Assembly (NCBI GenBank): GCA_016190205.1
Contig: JACPQZ010000038.1
Span: 4,005 to 68,004 of the forward strand
Length of the DNA: 64,000 nucleotides
Source: Candidatus Omnitrophota bacterium
GTDB lineage: Bacteria; Omnitrophota; JACPQZ01
Direction of reading: 5' to 3'
The notes under the pieces were generated by a model. The model was not told where the DNA came from and made no database searches. It worked only from the letters and a program-made list of their open reading frames with translations. Below are positions 1 through 9,553 of this stretch, in pieces. Every line of letters starts with the position of its first letter. Position 1 is the stretch's first letter. Position numbers and translations under genes: made by a program.

Positions 1-147
1 TGCGCGAGGACGTGTATGGGCAAGGCGATCCATTTTGGTGACTTGAGCGATCCGGCGAGCGAGGTGAGCCAGCTCTTGGGGCAGCGCCCATGGGTGCGGC
101 TCAAAGAGGAGCTGGGCACGAGACCATCCGTCTATTATCTGGTGTGA
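1..147 (+). CDS. C-terminal fragment of 4Fe-4S dicluster subunit (PsrB/TtrB/ArrB/NrfC-like), partial at window edge
   Basis: Frame 1 translates CARTCMGKAIHFGDLSDPASEVSQLL...LKEELGTRPSVYYLV*, the typical C-terminus of this family; lies directly before a molybdoenzyme. Confidence 0.85.
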   Translation, partial: CARTCMGKAIHFGDLSDPASEVSQLLGQRPWVRLKEELGTRPSVYYLV

Positions 148-161
148 CGAAGGAGGACCTT

Positions 162-2609
162 ATGCAACTGGATCGACGTCAATTTCTGAAACTGACGGGG
201 CTGGCGGGGGCAGGCCTTCTGGGGGCTGGCGCCCTTACGCCCGCAAAGGCGCGCCTGGGCAAAGGTGCCGGGCAAGGGCCTTTTGCCGAGGGCGCGTGGC
301 TCGCCTCCTGCTGCAACATGTGCGGGGGGCAGACGGGAATCATGTGCCAGGTGGTGGATGGCCGGCTGGTGCGGATTAAACCCAACGTGCATAACCCGAA
401 CGGGTTTTCCAATATCTCGGAGGACTTTTTTGCCAACGCGGCCACGGAGGGAGCGGTCATGTGCCCGAAGGGCAATGCCGGCATCATGGCCCTGTACGAC
501 CCGGACCGTCTAAAAACGCCCTTGCGACGGACTACACCAGAGAAAGGAATTGGCGTTGATCCCGGCTGGAAGGCGATTTCGTGGGAGGAGGCGTACGGCG
601 AAATCGTCTCTCGTCTTAAGGCGCTCCGGGAATCGGGCGAGGCGCACAAGCTTTTGTGGTTCTCGGAGGATCACTCGTTCACCCACGTCCAGGCCGACTT
701 CTGCAAGCTCTACGGGACTCCGAACTACAACATGCATTCCAACCTTTGCGACGTGGGACGGAAGGCCTCCTTCAAGATCCTTATGGGAGACGAACGGCCG
801 CTCATAGACGCGATCAATGCCCGGTACATGCTGATCTTCGGCTGGAACCCCCTTTCTGCAACCAAGTGGGCGCACCTGCCGCGAATCGTGACGCGCGGTA
901 TCGAGCAGGGAGCCAAACTGGTCGTCGTGGACCCTCACCTCTCCTATACCGCCTCCAAGGCCCATGAGTGGATTCCCATCCGCCCGGGGACCGACGGGGC
1001 GCTGGCACTGGCACTGGCCCACGTCATCCTGCGCGACGGGCTCTACGACACGGCATTCGTCAATGAATGGGTCACCGGCTTCGAACCCTTCAAGGACTAC
1101 GTAAAGGATAAAACCCCGCAGTGGGCCGGTGAGATCACCACGGTCCCCGCGGAGCGAATTGAGAAACTGGCAAGAGAATTTGCCGGGACCAAACCTGCCC
1201 TGGTCGACGTATGGTCCGGCACCCACCATTCCAACGGGGTCTATGCCGGGTGGGCCATCGGAGCACTCGCGGCGATCACAGGCAATATAGAGAAGCCCGG
1301 GACTCTGGTCATGCCTGAGGCGAAGGGAGGCAAGCACATTGAAGTCGAGGCTGATGAGACCGCGAAGAATACCTTGAAACAGCCTCGCCTGGACGGCGGC
1401 AAAGACAGGTGGCCCTACTTCCACAAATCAGGCGTGTATACAGAAATTATCAACCGGCTGGGCGACGGAAACACCCCCTACCAACCCAAGATGGCCATGG
1501 TCGTGTTCCAGAACCTTCTCATGTCGGTCATGGGGACGAAGAACGTCGAGAAGGCCCTCAAGACATTGGAGTTCATCGTCGTGGTAGACACCATGATGAG
1601 CGAGACGGCCGAGTTTGCGGACATCGTCCTCCCGGGCACAACGTACCTGGAGCGCTACGACCTCAACACCCACTGGGTGACGTGGCCGGTCGTGGGCTTA
1701 CGGCAGCCGGTCGTTCAACCGCTGTTCGGTCAGCCCGCTGAGAGCGAATTCGTCTGCGAGCTTGGACGCCGGATGGGGCTCAAAGAGGCCAACGGCAACG
1801 ATCTCTTCCGGCTTGGGCGAATGTCCGGCCAAAACATCGAGGACAAGTCCCGTTGGTATGAAGAGTGGCTTAGCAAAGAACTGAAAGAGGGCGAGCCCAA
1901 GATGACGCTGGAGGAACTTAAAAACCTGCCGGGCGCTACATGGGTTAGCACGAAGGGAACGCGGTACCACAAGCATCTGGATGTGATCCCGCCGGAAAAA
2001 ATGGCTGATTCGATTGTGGAAGGCGGGCTTGTCTTCTCCAAGAAGAAAGACGGCTCCAAGGACAAGCCGCTCGGCATGGTGCGGGCCGATGGCACGGCGG
2101 TGCGAGGTTTTCTGACGCCCTCCGGGAAGGTTGAACTCTACGCCGCAAAACACGAGGGTAAGAAAAATGCGGAAGGTGAGCCGCTTAAGCTGCTTCCCGA
2201 GTATGAGCCCAGGCAATGGCAGCCGAGCGCCGAGTACCCCCTCTACTTGATCAACTGGAAAGAGGCTTCACAGACGCACTCCCGCACACAGAACAATGCG
2301 TTCCTGGCCGAGCTCAAGGTAACCGACGGATTGCGGATCAACACCAAGACCGCTGCCTCACTGGGAATCCGTTCCGGCGACTGGATCTGGGTTGAATCCC
2401 CGCATGGCAGGATCAAGATGCGGGCGGAACTTACGGAAGGGATCCATCCGGAGGTGGTCGGTACCCAGCATGGCTGGGGTCACTGGGCAATGGGACGGAC
2501 CGCCAAGGGCCGCGGGGCACATACGGGCTTCCTCGCCCCCACCCAGGCCGATCCCATCTCCGGCCAAGCGCTCAATAAAGAAATCTGCGTCCGGCTCTCC
2601 AAGGCATGA
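162..2609 (+). CDS. Tat-exported molybdopterin oxidoreductase catalytic subunit (DMSO reductase family, Psr/Phs/Arr/Ttr-like)
   Basis: AGGAGG RBS at 151-156; DRRQFLK Tat signal; N-terminal Cys cluster; LYDPDRLKTPLRRT; HSNLCD putative Cys Mo ligand; ADIVLPGTTYLER; C-terminal MGD-binding domain. Confidence 0.92.
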   Translation: MQLDRRQFLKLTGLAGAGLLGAGALTPAKARLGKGAGQGPFAEGAWLASCCNMCGGQTGIMCQVVDGRLVRIKPNVHNPNGFSNISEDFFANAATEGAVMCPKGNAGIMALYDPDRLKTPLRRTTPEKGIGVDPGWKAISWEEAYGEIVSRLKALRESGEAHKLLWFSEDHSFTHVQADFCKLYGTPNYNMHSNLCDVGRKASFKILMGDERPLIDAINARYMLIFGWNPLSATKWAHLPRIVTRGIEQGAKLVVVDPHLSYTASKAHEWIPIRPGTDGALALALAHVILRDGLYDTAFVNEWVTGFEPFKDYVKDKTPQWAGEITTVPAERIEKLAREFAGTKPALVDVWSGTHHSNGVYAGWAIGALAAITGNIEKPGTLVMPEAKGGKHIEVEADETAKNTLKQPRLDGGKDRWPYFHKSGVYTEIINRLGDGNTPYQPKMAMVVFQNLLMSVMGTKNVEKALKTLEFIVVVDTMMSETAEFADIVLPGTTYLERYDLNTHWVTWPVVGLRQPVVQPLFGQPAESEFVCELGRRMGLKEANGNDLFRLGRMSGQNIEDKSRWYEEWLSKELKEGEPKMTLEELKNLPGATWVSTKGTRYHKHLDVIPPEKMADSIVEGGLVFSKKKDGSKDKPLGMVRADGTAVRGFLTPSGKVELYAAKHEGKKNAEGEPLKLLPEYEPRQWQPSAEYPLYLINWKEASQTHSRTQNNAFLAELKVTDGLRINTKTAASLGIRSGDWIWVESPHGRIKMRAELTEGIHPEVVGTQHGWGHWAMGRTAKGRGAHTGFLAPTQADPISGQALNKEICVRLSKA

Positions 2610-3223
2610 TTCAAACCACTGCCACCCGCCCATCTATCACGGCTGGAAACCTGCCGTCCCGGGCCGCGAGTTACCTCGTGTTTGCTCGGCTAATGCGGGA
2701 AGCGCCGTCCACAGATCTTTTGAAATTCATTACAGGGCAGGAGGTCCTGGAGGCTTCGGAGACAGAGAAGGTTGCCGTTCAATACGCCCGCCTTTTTCTG
2801 GTTCCGGGGGATGAGGCCGTTCGGCCCTACGAATCGGTGTACTGCGATGCATTAACCATCGACACGTCCACAGCCTGTTCGCCCTATTTCCCATCCAGCT
2901 CCCACAAGATCAGCCTGAATGGATACCTGGGTGGGCCCTCCAGCACTGCCGTCCGCGAAGTCTACCGTCAAGCCGGTTTGGACCTGGCGCCCGCCAGCCA
3001 TGAACTACCCGACCATCTCGCTATTGAGCTGGAGTTTATGGGACGGCTCTTGGAACGCCGCCAAACAGAGCAGGGCAAGATGTTCTTTCACGACCATCTT
3101 GCCCGCTGGGTGTATGATTGTTTACACCAGATCAAACAAAAGACTGATTCTGGGTTCTACCAAAGCCTTACCGAAAAGCTTGAGCAGTTTTTACTGAGCG
3201 AGCAAGCCCTCTTCTCTACCTGA
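2606..3223 (+). CDS. TorD/DmsD family redox enzyme maturation chaperone
   Basis: YARLF, PYESVY and ELPDHLAIELEFM motifs; ATGA overlap with molybdoenzyme stop. Confidence 0.9.
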   Translation: MIQTTATRPSITAGNLPSRAASYLVFARLMREAPSTDLLKFITGQEVLEASETEKVAVQYARLFLVPGDEAVRPYESVYCDALTIDTSTACSPYFPSSSHKISLNGYLGGPSSTAVREVYRQAGLDLAPASHELPDHLAIELEFMGRLLERRQTEQGKMFFHDHLARWVYDCLHQIKQKTDSGFYQSLTEKLEQFLLSEQALFST

Positions 3224-3416
3224 CCTGTCCCCTCACCAATTCCTGCTCGGCCTCGACCCAATCCTGAAGATGGCTGTTCTGGGGTCTCCCCTTGCGCTCC
3301 CAAATTTGATAGGCCCGTTCCCTGATCCTGGCGATCTTCCAGGCAGGATCTTTGGAAGATACCGGCCGTTCCCTTCTTTTTTCCCTGTTTTCGCTGTTCC
3401 AATCCTGAATACCCAT
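3216..3416 (-). CDS. DUF2934 family small protein
   Basis: IRERAYQIWERKGRP...DWVEAEQEL signature; GGAGG RBS. Confidence 0.8.
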   Translation of the reverse strand: MGIQDWNSENREKRRERPVSSKDPAWKIARIRERAYQIWERKGRPQNSHLQDWVEAEQELVRGQVR

Positions 3417-3492
3417 GTCGCACCTCCGAACCTTCAGTATAGCGCCCCGCGTCCTGTTCTTACCATGATGTAGATCATGCGTTAAGTCCGAT

Positions 3493-5268
3493 TCAGGCCC
3501 TAACCAGGCCCCTGGCCTTCAGGCCTACAACCGCTATAAAGGCGATCTCGGCCGCAAAATACGCAATGAGTAGCGGCGGCAGAGGCTTGGCATTTCCGCC
3601 CGCATAACTGTGGAGACCCACGAGATAAAAGCTTACCCCGTAATAGGTCATGAGAAGAAAAAAGAAGCCCGCGATAGTTGCGAGGGCAAAGCCCGCGCCG
3701 CGAATCCATCCGGAGAAGCGGCCGTGGAGCATCGCGATGTACCACAAGAGCGTCACGAGCGCCCACGTCTCCTTGGGGTCCCATCCCCAGTAACGCCCCC
3801 AGGAGGCATTGGCCCACACTGCGCCCAGCATGATCCCGGCCGCCAAGAGCACGATACCCACCTGAAGCGACCGGTAAACCCAAGTGTCGAGAGGCCTCAA
3901 GCCCTCATGGCCCCGGCCATGCACCAGATACATCCCCGCATAGATGTGCGCCATGATCACGCCCAGGGCCAAGGCCCCGTAGCTCGCCACGATCGTAAGG
4001 ACGTGGACCGTGAGCCACAGGTTACTGCGGAGAACCGCCACCACAGGAGAGATGCTGGGGTCAAGCGGCAGGTGATCCGCCAAGAGGAGAGTCACCGCGG
4101 CCAGGATCGATGCGCACAAACCGAAATAACGCACCCTGTAGATCGCCTCAAAAATGATGGCAAGCAAAACGGCCACAAAGGCAAGCCACAGCATGGACTC
4201 GTAAAAATTGGAAACGGGGGGACGCCCCCCCACAATGACGCGCGCGGCGATACCACCTACGTGCATGAGAAATGCGAGCCCCATCCCCAAAAAACCCGCG
4301 CCCGCCAGCCACCGCCCTCCCCACACACAGCTCACCCCCAGGGCCACGGCCGCCATGAGATACGCCCACCGAGCCCACCGGAAAGGACTCAAGCTATGAT
4401 ATAAAACCTCTAGACTTAAGCGCCAGCCGCTCGGATAGTGCGTTGGGCTGGCCGAGGCGAGCTCGGCCTTTAAGACTCGTGCTGTCAGAACGATCTCTTC
4501 ATCCGTCCCGGAGCGAACGCTGTCCACGAAACCCGTCCATGCCGACTTCATGGACTCACCCTTCTTCCACTCATACCCCGCCGGTTCGAGAATGGAAAGC
4601 CAAACGGCCTCCTGGGCGGAGGGCGGCGTAACGAGGTTAAGCTCCTGCTTGGTGAGCTGGTCAAAGGTTACGAAGCGGTTATAGAGGTCCATGGTCTCGT
4701 TTTCAAGCATGGTGAGTTTTTCATTGGCCTGCTGTTTCTCAACGATGGCGGGGAGCATGCGCATAAGCTCCCGCCCGGCCAAGAGCTCTCCAAGCGAGAC
4801 ATGAGTTTTTTTGGGATCTAAGTTCAAGGCCTCGCGCAAGGGACGAAAGGGGACCGAAAGGATTGCCTCCCCGCTCCAGTAGTCCGGGTCGGCCATCATA
4901 GAGAGCACGGCTTGAACAGGATCAAGGTGCCCCACCCGCGGGGAGCCGGTTAAAAGCTCCAGGGTCTCGCGGGCAAAACTATCCAAGGGCTTGACGCGCC
5001 CGCTGTGCTGGATGGGGATGGCTCTTAAGCTTTCGAGGGCCGCGGCAGGCAGGGGTTTGTGGTGAGAAGACCAGGCGAAGGAAGCGGCGAGAACGGTCAT
5101 TGCGAGAGCGAGTCGGAGAATCGGGACCCTCGTCATTGCGAGCCCCGCATAGCGGGGCGAAGCAATCTCATGAGATCGCCACGGCCGCCTTGGGCGGCCT
5201 CGCGACGCTTCGCGGATTGCTTCGTCGCTCCGCTCCTCGCAATGACAGGCAGAACGTTTGCTATGCAT
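3493..5268 (-). CDS. ccsA: Cytochrome c biogenesis system II CcsA/ResC-type protein (start uncertain)
   Basis: GRVKPLDSFAR, PVLRSNLWLTVHV-like segment, WANASWGRYWGWDPKETW (WWD domain), GLHSYA; ATG at 5268 overlaps the resB stop. Confidence 0.92.
   Translation of the reverse strand: MHSKRSACHCEERSDEAIREASRGRPRRPWRSHEIASPRYAGLAMTRVPILRLALAMTVLAASFAWSSHHKPLPAAALESLRAIPIQHSGRVKPLDSFARETLELLTGSPRVGHLDPVQAVLSMMADPDYWSGEAILSVPFRPLREALNLDPKKTHVSLGELLAGRELMRMLPAIVEKQQANEKLTMLENETMDLYNRFVTFDQLTKQELNLVTPPSAQEAVWLSILEPAGYEWKKGESMKSAWTGFVDSVRSGTDEEIVLTARVLKAELASASPTHYPSGWRLSLEVLYHSLSPFRWARWAYLMAAVALGVSCVWGGRWLAGAGFLGMGLAFLMHVGGIAARVIVGGRPPVSNFYESMLWLAFVAVLLAIIFEAIYRVRYFGLCASILAAVTLLLADHLPLDPSISPVVAVLRSNLWLTVHVLTIVASYGALALGVIMAHIYAGMYLVHGRGHEGLRPLDTWVYRSLQVGIVLLAAGIMLGAVWANASWGRYWGWDPKETWALVTLLWYIAMLHGRFSGWIRGAGFALATIAGFFFLLMTYYGVSFYLVGLHSYAGGNAKPLPPLLIAYFAAEIAFIAVVGLKARGLVRA
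5132..5246. repeat. REP/RPE-like palindromic element in the ccsA 5' region
   Basis: GTCATTGCGAG...GAAGCAATC and GATTGCTTCG...CTCGCAATGAC inverted ends with internal hairpins; extra GTCATTGCGAG at 5096. Confidence 0.8.
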
Positions 5269-7003
5269 AATTTTTGCTCCCCTTCGAAGTTCGTGCACGC
5301 CTGACAAATAAGGACACGATTCCAACCACCACAATAATAAACCCGGAGTAGACGAGCGGCGTCCCGGGATCGTTCCGGACAGAAAGCACAGTCGTCTGAA
5401 CGGGGCCGTCTATCCAGCTCGACTGAAAGAGGCTAAAGCCGCGGTACTTCAAAGGATTGTTCATGCGGATGGTGCGCTCCAAGGTGACTCCGTTGGAAGG
5501 GTCTGTGAGCGCCACGTCGCTTTCAAAACCCGCCGCCATCTGGGTGCCCGGGTAATCCAATTTTCTAAAATCCTTGAGTGCCACTAAAAAAGGAAGAGGC
5601 CGCTCGGCCTGACGGTACTCTACGAGGACCTTTTCCTGGCCGAGCGCAAGTTCCTTAGTCTCGCCCTGACCCAGCCAGGCCTCACCTCGGTTTTCCCCAT
5701 CTCTCACCATCACATGAATGGCCTCGTTCCGGACCTCATCGCCCTTGTTGGTCATGCTCTCAATAACCTGTGCCTTGGGGTAATGGGCCGCCACTTGAAA
5801 CCTGATGCCGGCCCAGGGGTGCGCATAGTCCTTGCCCGGCTCAACGGCCTCGATCATCTCACGCTCGGCCGCGGCTCCGGTCATGATGGCCGCGAGCTCC
5901 CCTTGCGGCAACTCGAAGAGCACGATGGAATTTGGAGGAAGCGAGGACCCGGCCTCATGTATGTACTCGGCATGCACGTGAATCTTGTACTCGCGCACGT
6001 GGAGCGATGCAAATTCGGGATGGAAGGCAAAAAGGATGTGGGGGTCCGTTCCCTCGGGGCCCGTCAACGTAAAAGCAACGGCCGGGTTTTGGGGTTCGTT
6101 CGAGCGGCTCACCGGACCCGACTCCGAGATCACAAAATCGGCAAAATAGTCCTGGAAGGCAATGGTATAGGGAGTCCCCTCGATAGGCTGGGCTTTTTTA
6201 AGCTCCTCCGGAACCGGCACCTCGACCGTCCGGCTTAAGTCCGGAAACTCGAGTCTCACGACTCCGCGCACATTTTGGGGAATGGCCGCGGGATGAGCCA
6301 TCCGGGCCCACTCCTCGCGTGAGGAGACTTCCATAAAAAGAACGTGCGCATCACCCCAGCCCACGCCGAAGCGCTCCGGGTGCCGGGCGAGAAGCCACAC
6401 GGCATCCTCCACGCCCTCACGTTCGATCATGAGGTGAACCGCGGGATTGGGCGCCTCGCCTCCAGCATTGATTTCCTCCGTCACTTGAGAATTCGGGTAG
6501 TAACGGTCCACCACAAGGTCCATCGTCTTCCCTTCCATTTCAAATGAAAAAAGCGTGTGGGGCTCATGCACCCAGGCCTGCGTCTCGAAGGCGACGGGAA
6601 TCACGTGGTGCGTGCCCGGATTGGGTTTGTGCACCACGATGACGGACTGGGGCACCCTTAACGTATCGTTTTTCTCCCCTTCCGGAATCACAAGCTGGCC
6701 ATCCACCGCCCAAATGCCCCCGGCGATCCCGCCCAAAAGGATAAGGATAATCCCCAGGTGGGCCAATAGAAACGGGGTGTGTGCGCGCTTCCAGGGAAGC
6801 CTCTTGAGCGCGGCGAGCATGAGGTTTACAGCCAAAAACGAGAGAATTCCCTGAAACCACCAGGACTGATAGACAAAGCGCTGCACGGCCGCGGTTCCGA
6901 AGCGGACCTCATAGATCGTGCCCCAGCCCAAGACGCACGCAATCGCGATAATGAGAAAAACCGCGATCCTAAGCGAACCCAGGAGGCTAAAGAGAGTTGT
7001 CAT
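5261..7003 (-). CDS. Cytochrome c biogenesis ResB/CcsB-like protein
   Basis: SLRIAV..GTIYE..YQSWWF, LAHLGIILIL, IRMNNPLKYRGFSLFQSS, VRNDPGTPLVYSG; adjacent to ccsA. Confidence 0.88.
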   Translation of the reverse strand: MTTLFSLLGSLRIAVFLIIAIACVLGWGTIYEVRFGTAAVQRFVYQSWWFQGILSFLAVNLMLAALKRLPWKRAHTPFLLAHLGIILILLGGIAGGIWAVDGQLVIPEGEKNDTLRVPQSVIVVHKPNPGTHHVIPVAFETQAWVHEPHTLFSFEMEGKTMDLVVDRYYPNSQVTEEINAGGEAPNPAVHLMIEREGVEDAVWLLARHPERFGVGWGDAHVLFMEVSSREEWARMAHPAAIPQNVRGVVRLEFPDLSRTVEVPVPEELKKAQPIEGTPYTIAFQDYFADFVISESGPVSRSNEPQNPAVAFTLTGPEGTDPHILFAFHPEFASLHVREYKIHVHAEYIHEAGSSLPPNSIVLFELPQGELAAIMTGAAAEREMIEAVEPGKDYAHPWAGIRFQVAAHYPKAQVIESMTNKGDEVRNEAIHVMVRDGENRGEAWLGQGETKELALGQEKVLVEYRQAERPLPFLVALKDFRKLDYPGTQMAAGFESDVALTDPSNGVTLERTIRMNNPLKYRGFSLFQSSWIDGPVQTTVLSVRNDPGTPLVYSGFIIVVVGIVSLFVRRARTSKGSKNYA

Positions 7004-7051
7004 GAAGGGATTCTCGGAAGGTTACCTTATATTATAACTCTTTAGATTCTT

Positions 7052-7246
7052 TTAATCAGCACTTTTCTTAGGTCCCAGCGCGGCCAAGATTTCCCGGCGC
7101 TCCGAATAGCGGTGATTAAGATAGAACGCGGATAGCGCCGTTCCCCCCGTCAGGTAAAATGAGCGCGCAAACGCCTCCTCCTTGAAACACGCGTCCAACA
7201 CCGTGCGATGGAGCGGGGTTAAGACTTCCGGCTTTTCGCTGTCCAA
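7052..7246 (-). pseudogene. Truncated AbiEii-like nucleotidyltransferase toxin
   Basis: FYLTGGTALSAFYLNHRYS motif but ORF ends at 64 aa without the catalytic DxD segment. Confidence 0.7.
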
Positions 7247-7656
7247 AGGTCCACCGCCTCCTGCCAGTGACGTTTGACCTTGGGGTCCATCCTAAGTTCA
7301 GGAAGCGCCCTTTTAATTTCGCTTACGCTCAGATAGCTGAAAATCTCTGGCGGCCCAAGCCGGTCCAGGATACGGGCAATCAGCCACTTGCGCTCCTCAA
7401 AGGGAGAGTGCCGAAGGATCTCACGCACCTGGGCCTCGGTAAGATCGTAATCCCAAAGGAAAGAAGGCCTTTCTTTTTCCTTAAACCCGCCCTGGGGAAA
7501 AAGCGCCACCTCCCTCCTCGTGTGAATAAATTCCATAGTCGCCGCGCGCCCCAGGCTGGAGATGGACGTAAAAAGGGGGTTCTTTCGCAAGTAAGATTGA
7601 ATCTCCTTGAGCTCTTGCGGCAAAAACCGCATGGTTACGAGCTTGTTCTTAGTCAC
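7219..7656 (-). CDS. Putative antitoxin/partner of nucleotidyltransferase (FLWDYD motif, RHH-like N-terminus)
   Basis: SFLWDYDL..WLIARIL pattern; overlaps toxin remnant; palindrome upstream. Confidence 0.6.
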   Translation of the reverse strand: MTKNKLVTMRFLPQELKEIQSYLRKNPLFTSISSLGRAATMEFIHTRREVALFPQGGFKEKERPSFLWDYDLTEAQVREILRHSPFEERKWLIARILDRLGPPEIFSYLSVSEIKRALPELRMDPKVKRHWQEAVDLWTAKSRKS

Positions 7657-7663
7657 ATATATA

Positions 7664-7684
7664 TTGTATTCGATTCGAATACAA
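7664..7684. promoter_or_regulatory. Palindromic operator upstream of TA remnant
   Basis: TTGTATTCGA-T-TCGAATACAA perfect inverted repeat just upstream of the start. Confidence 0.55.
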
Positions 7685-7687
7685 AAG

Positions 7688-9553
7688 TCAACCCTTTCCT
7701 CGGCCCGTAATCCATGACCACTTCATGGGATATTCGTCGGGGTCGAACATGACGAAATACAAATGCCATACGAGGATGGCAAGACAAGCCAGGATGGCCT
7801 CGTAGTAATGGACCGCCGTCACGGCGTCAAAGAACCACTTGGGAAAGACGTTTAAGGTCCAGCTTTCACGAAGCATAAGGGCCCCGGTAGCGGTCATGAT
7901 GACGGAACCCCACACGAGGGCCCAATACTCAAGTTTCTCAATGTAGCTGTACTTTGCAAAGACAGGCTTTTGCCGGCGAAATCCCAAGTTAAAGGCAAGC
8001 AGCTGAAAAGGCTGTATCCAATCCACTCGCCGCGGCCAAAGTTCATTAAGCTCACGCCGGCCGCGCCGCGTCAAGAGCATAAAGATGAGATGATAAGCCG
8101 CAAGTGCCGTGAATAGAACGGCAGCCCAGCGGTGACCCCCGCTGCGCCAATCCACCCTCCCCATGAAGGGACTCGCCCACCAGGCCTGTGGAACCTTAAG
8201 CGCGAAACCGGTATATGCGAGCACCGTAAACGATAGGATTAAGAAGAGGTGCTGTACCCTCTCATTGACCCCCATGCGCTCGGCCGCACCGGCGGCCGCA
8301 GCCGAGCGGCGGTAATGCTCGGCAAGCTTTTTCCTGTAATCCAGCACATTGTGCAAGAGCATGCCTCCAATCACAGAAAAGATGAGCGCGAGATAAAACG
8401 TCCGCACCCAGGACACCGCGCGGTGCTCAAGACCCGGCTGTGTCCCGGAGTGAATAGCGCCACGGGCCACCTGGCTGCTCACGCCCGGGTGGCAGGCGCC
8501 GCAGGTCTGAGCCAGATTCTCGGGGTGTACGGACGAACGCGGGTCGCCCGAAGAGAGGATGTCGTGCGCCCCGTGACAGGAGGCGCAGTGCGCGGCAGTG
8601 ACAGACCCTAGCTGTACCGCCAGCCCGTGAAAACTCTCCATGTAGGTCTTAACCACGTGCGATGGCATCCGGAACTTCGTCACAATGCGCTCCGCTCCGT
8701 GGCACTGGCCGCAGGTCTCCGGAATGTGCGACGGAAAAACCTTGGAGGTGGCGAGCCGCACGGCCTCGATCGTGTGCTCCCCGTGGCAATCCGTGCACAC
8801 CGGGGCTTCACGCTTTCCGGCCGCGGCCGCCCGGCCGTGCACACTGCGGGAAAAGACGCTGCGAATATTTTCGTGGCAGCGCCCGCAGGTCGAAGGGATG
8901 TTCCGCCAGTTGAGCTTCGATTCGGGGTGGGTCGCCCGGTGAAGGTCGTGCGAGCCGTGGCAATCGGTGCAAACGGCGGAAGCCGCTAGCCCCTTCTTAA
9001 GAAGCGCCAACCCGTGCACGCTTTCCGCGTAACTTGCCACAGGCGTCTCCTCGGAGAGATGAAACTTCTTCATCTCATCCACCTGCTCGTGGCACTGGGC
9101 GCAGGTCGACGGGATATTCAGCCTGTAGACTGGCGAGTCGGGATGCCGCGAGGGAACCAGGACATGGGGATCCCCGTGGCAGTCCCGGCAGGAGGCCGCC
9201 TCCGCAATGCCGGCCTTAAGCGCCCGGCCATGGTCGCTTTTCAGATACACTTCACTTTCGATCATATGGCATGTGGAACAGCTTACCGCTGGGAGGGGAA
9301 CTGCGTGCGGTACAGCCTGAATTCCGCTGTGGCAGCTCGTGCACAAGTGTCCGCCATGAACAGAACTCTGGAATTTTTCCTGCTCCACGCGGGCGGGGCC
9401 GTCCGGGACGCCGTGGCAGGCAAAACAGGTTTCGTTATCTATGCCTTCCGCCCGGGCGGACGCCCCGGGCACAGCAATGCACATGACTCCGGCCGCAAGA
9501 AAACCAAGGCGCCACGCTACAAACCGCTTGTTCCTTGATGACACTGGCTGCAC
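7688..9553 (-). CDS. CbcL-like fusion: 11-heme cytochrome c plus FdnI/HydC-type cytochrome b
   Basis: Signal peptide, 11 CxxCH motifs, then TM domain with ERVQH, HRWAA, KYSYIEKLEYWALVWG, VHYYEA, VWHLY. Confidence 0.88.
   Translation of the reverse strand: MQPVSSRNKRFVAWRLGFLAAGVMCIAVPGASARAEGIDNETCFACHGVPDGPARVEQEKFQSSVHGGHLCTSCHSGIQAVPHAVPLPAVSCSTCHMIESEVYLKSDHGRALKAGIAEAASCRDCHGDPHVLVPSRHPDSPVYRLNIPSTCAQCHEQVDEMKKFHLSEETPVASYAESVHGLALLKKGLAASAVCTDCHGSHDLHRATHPESKLNWRNIPSTCGRCHENIRSVFSRSVHGRAAAAGKREAPVCTDCHGEHTIEAVRLATSKVFPSHIPETCGQCHGAERIVTKFRMPSHVVKTYMESFHGLAVQLGSVTAAHCASCHGAHDILSSGDPRSSVHPENLAQTCGACHPGVSSQVARGAIHSGTQPGLEHRAVSWVRTFYLALIFSVIGGMLLHNVLDYRKKLAEHYRRSAAAAGAAERMGVNERVQHLFLILSFTVLAYTGFALKVPQAWWASPFMGRVDWRSGGHRWAAVLFTALAAYHLIFMLLTRRGRRELNELWPRRVDWIQPFQLLAFNLGFRRQKPVFAKYSYIEKLEYWALVWGSVIMTATGALMLRESWTLNVFPKWFFDAVTAVHYYEAILACLAILVWHLYFVMFDPDEYPMKWSWITGRGKG

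Noticed and set aside
90-161. Longer ORF start for the molybdoenzyme
   Set aside because: Overlaps the upstream Fe-S gene; RBS and Tat signal support ATG 162
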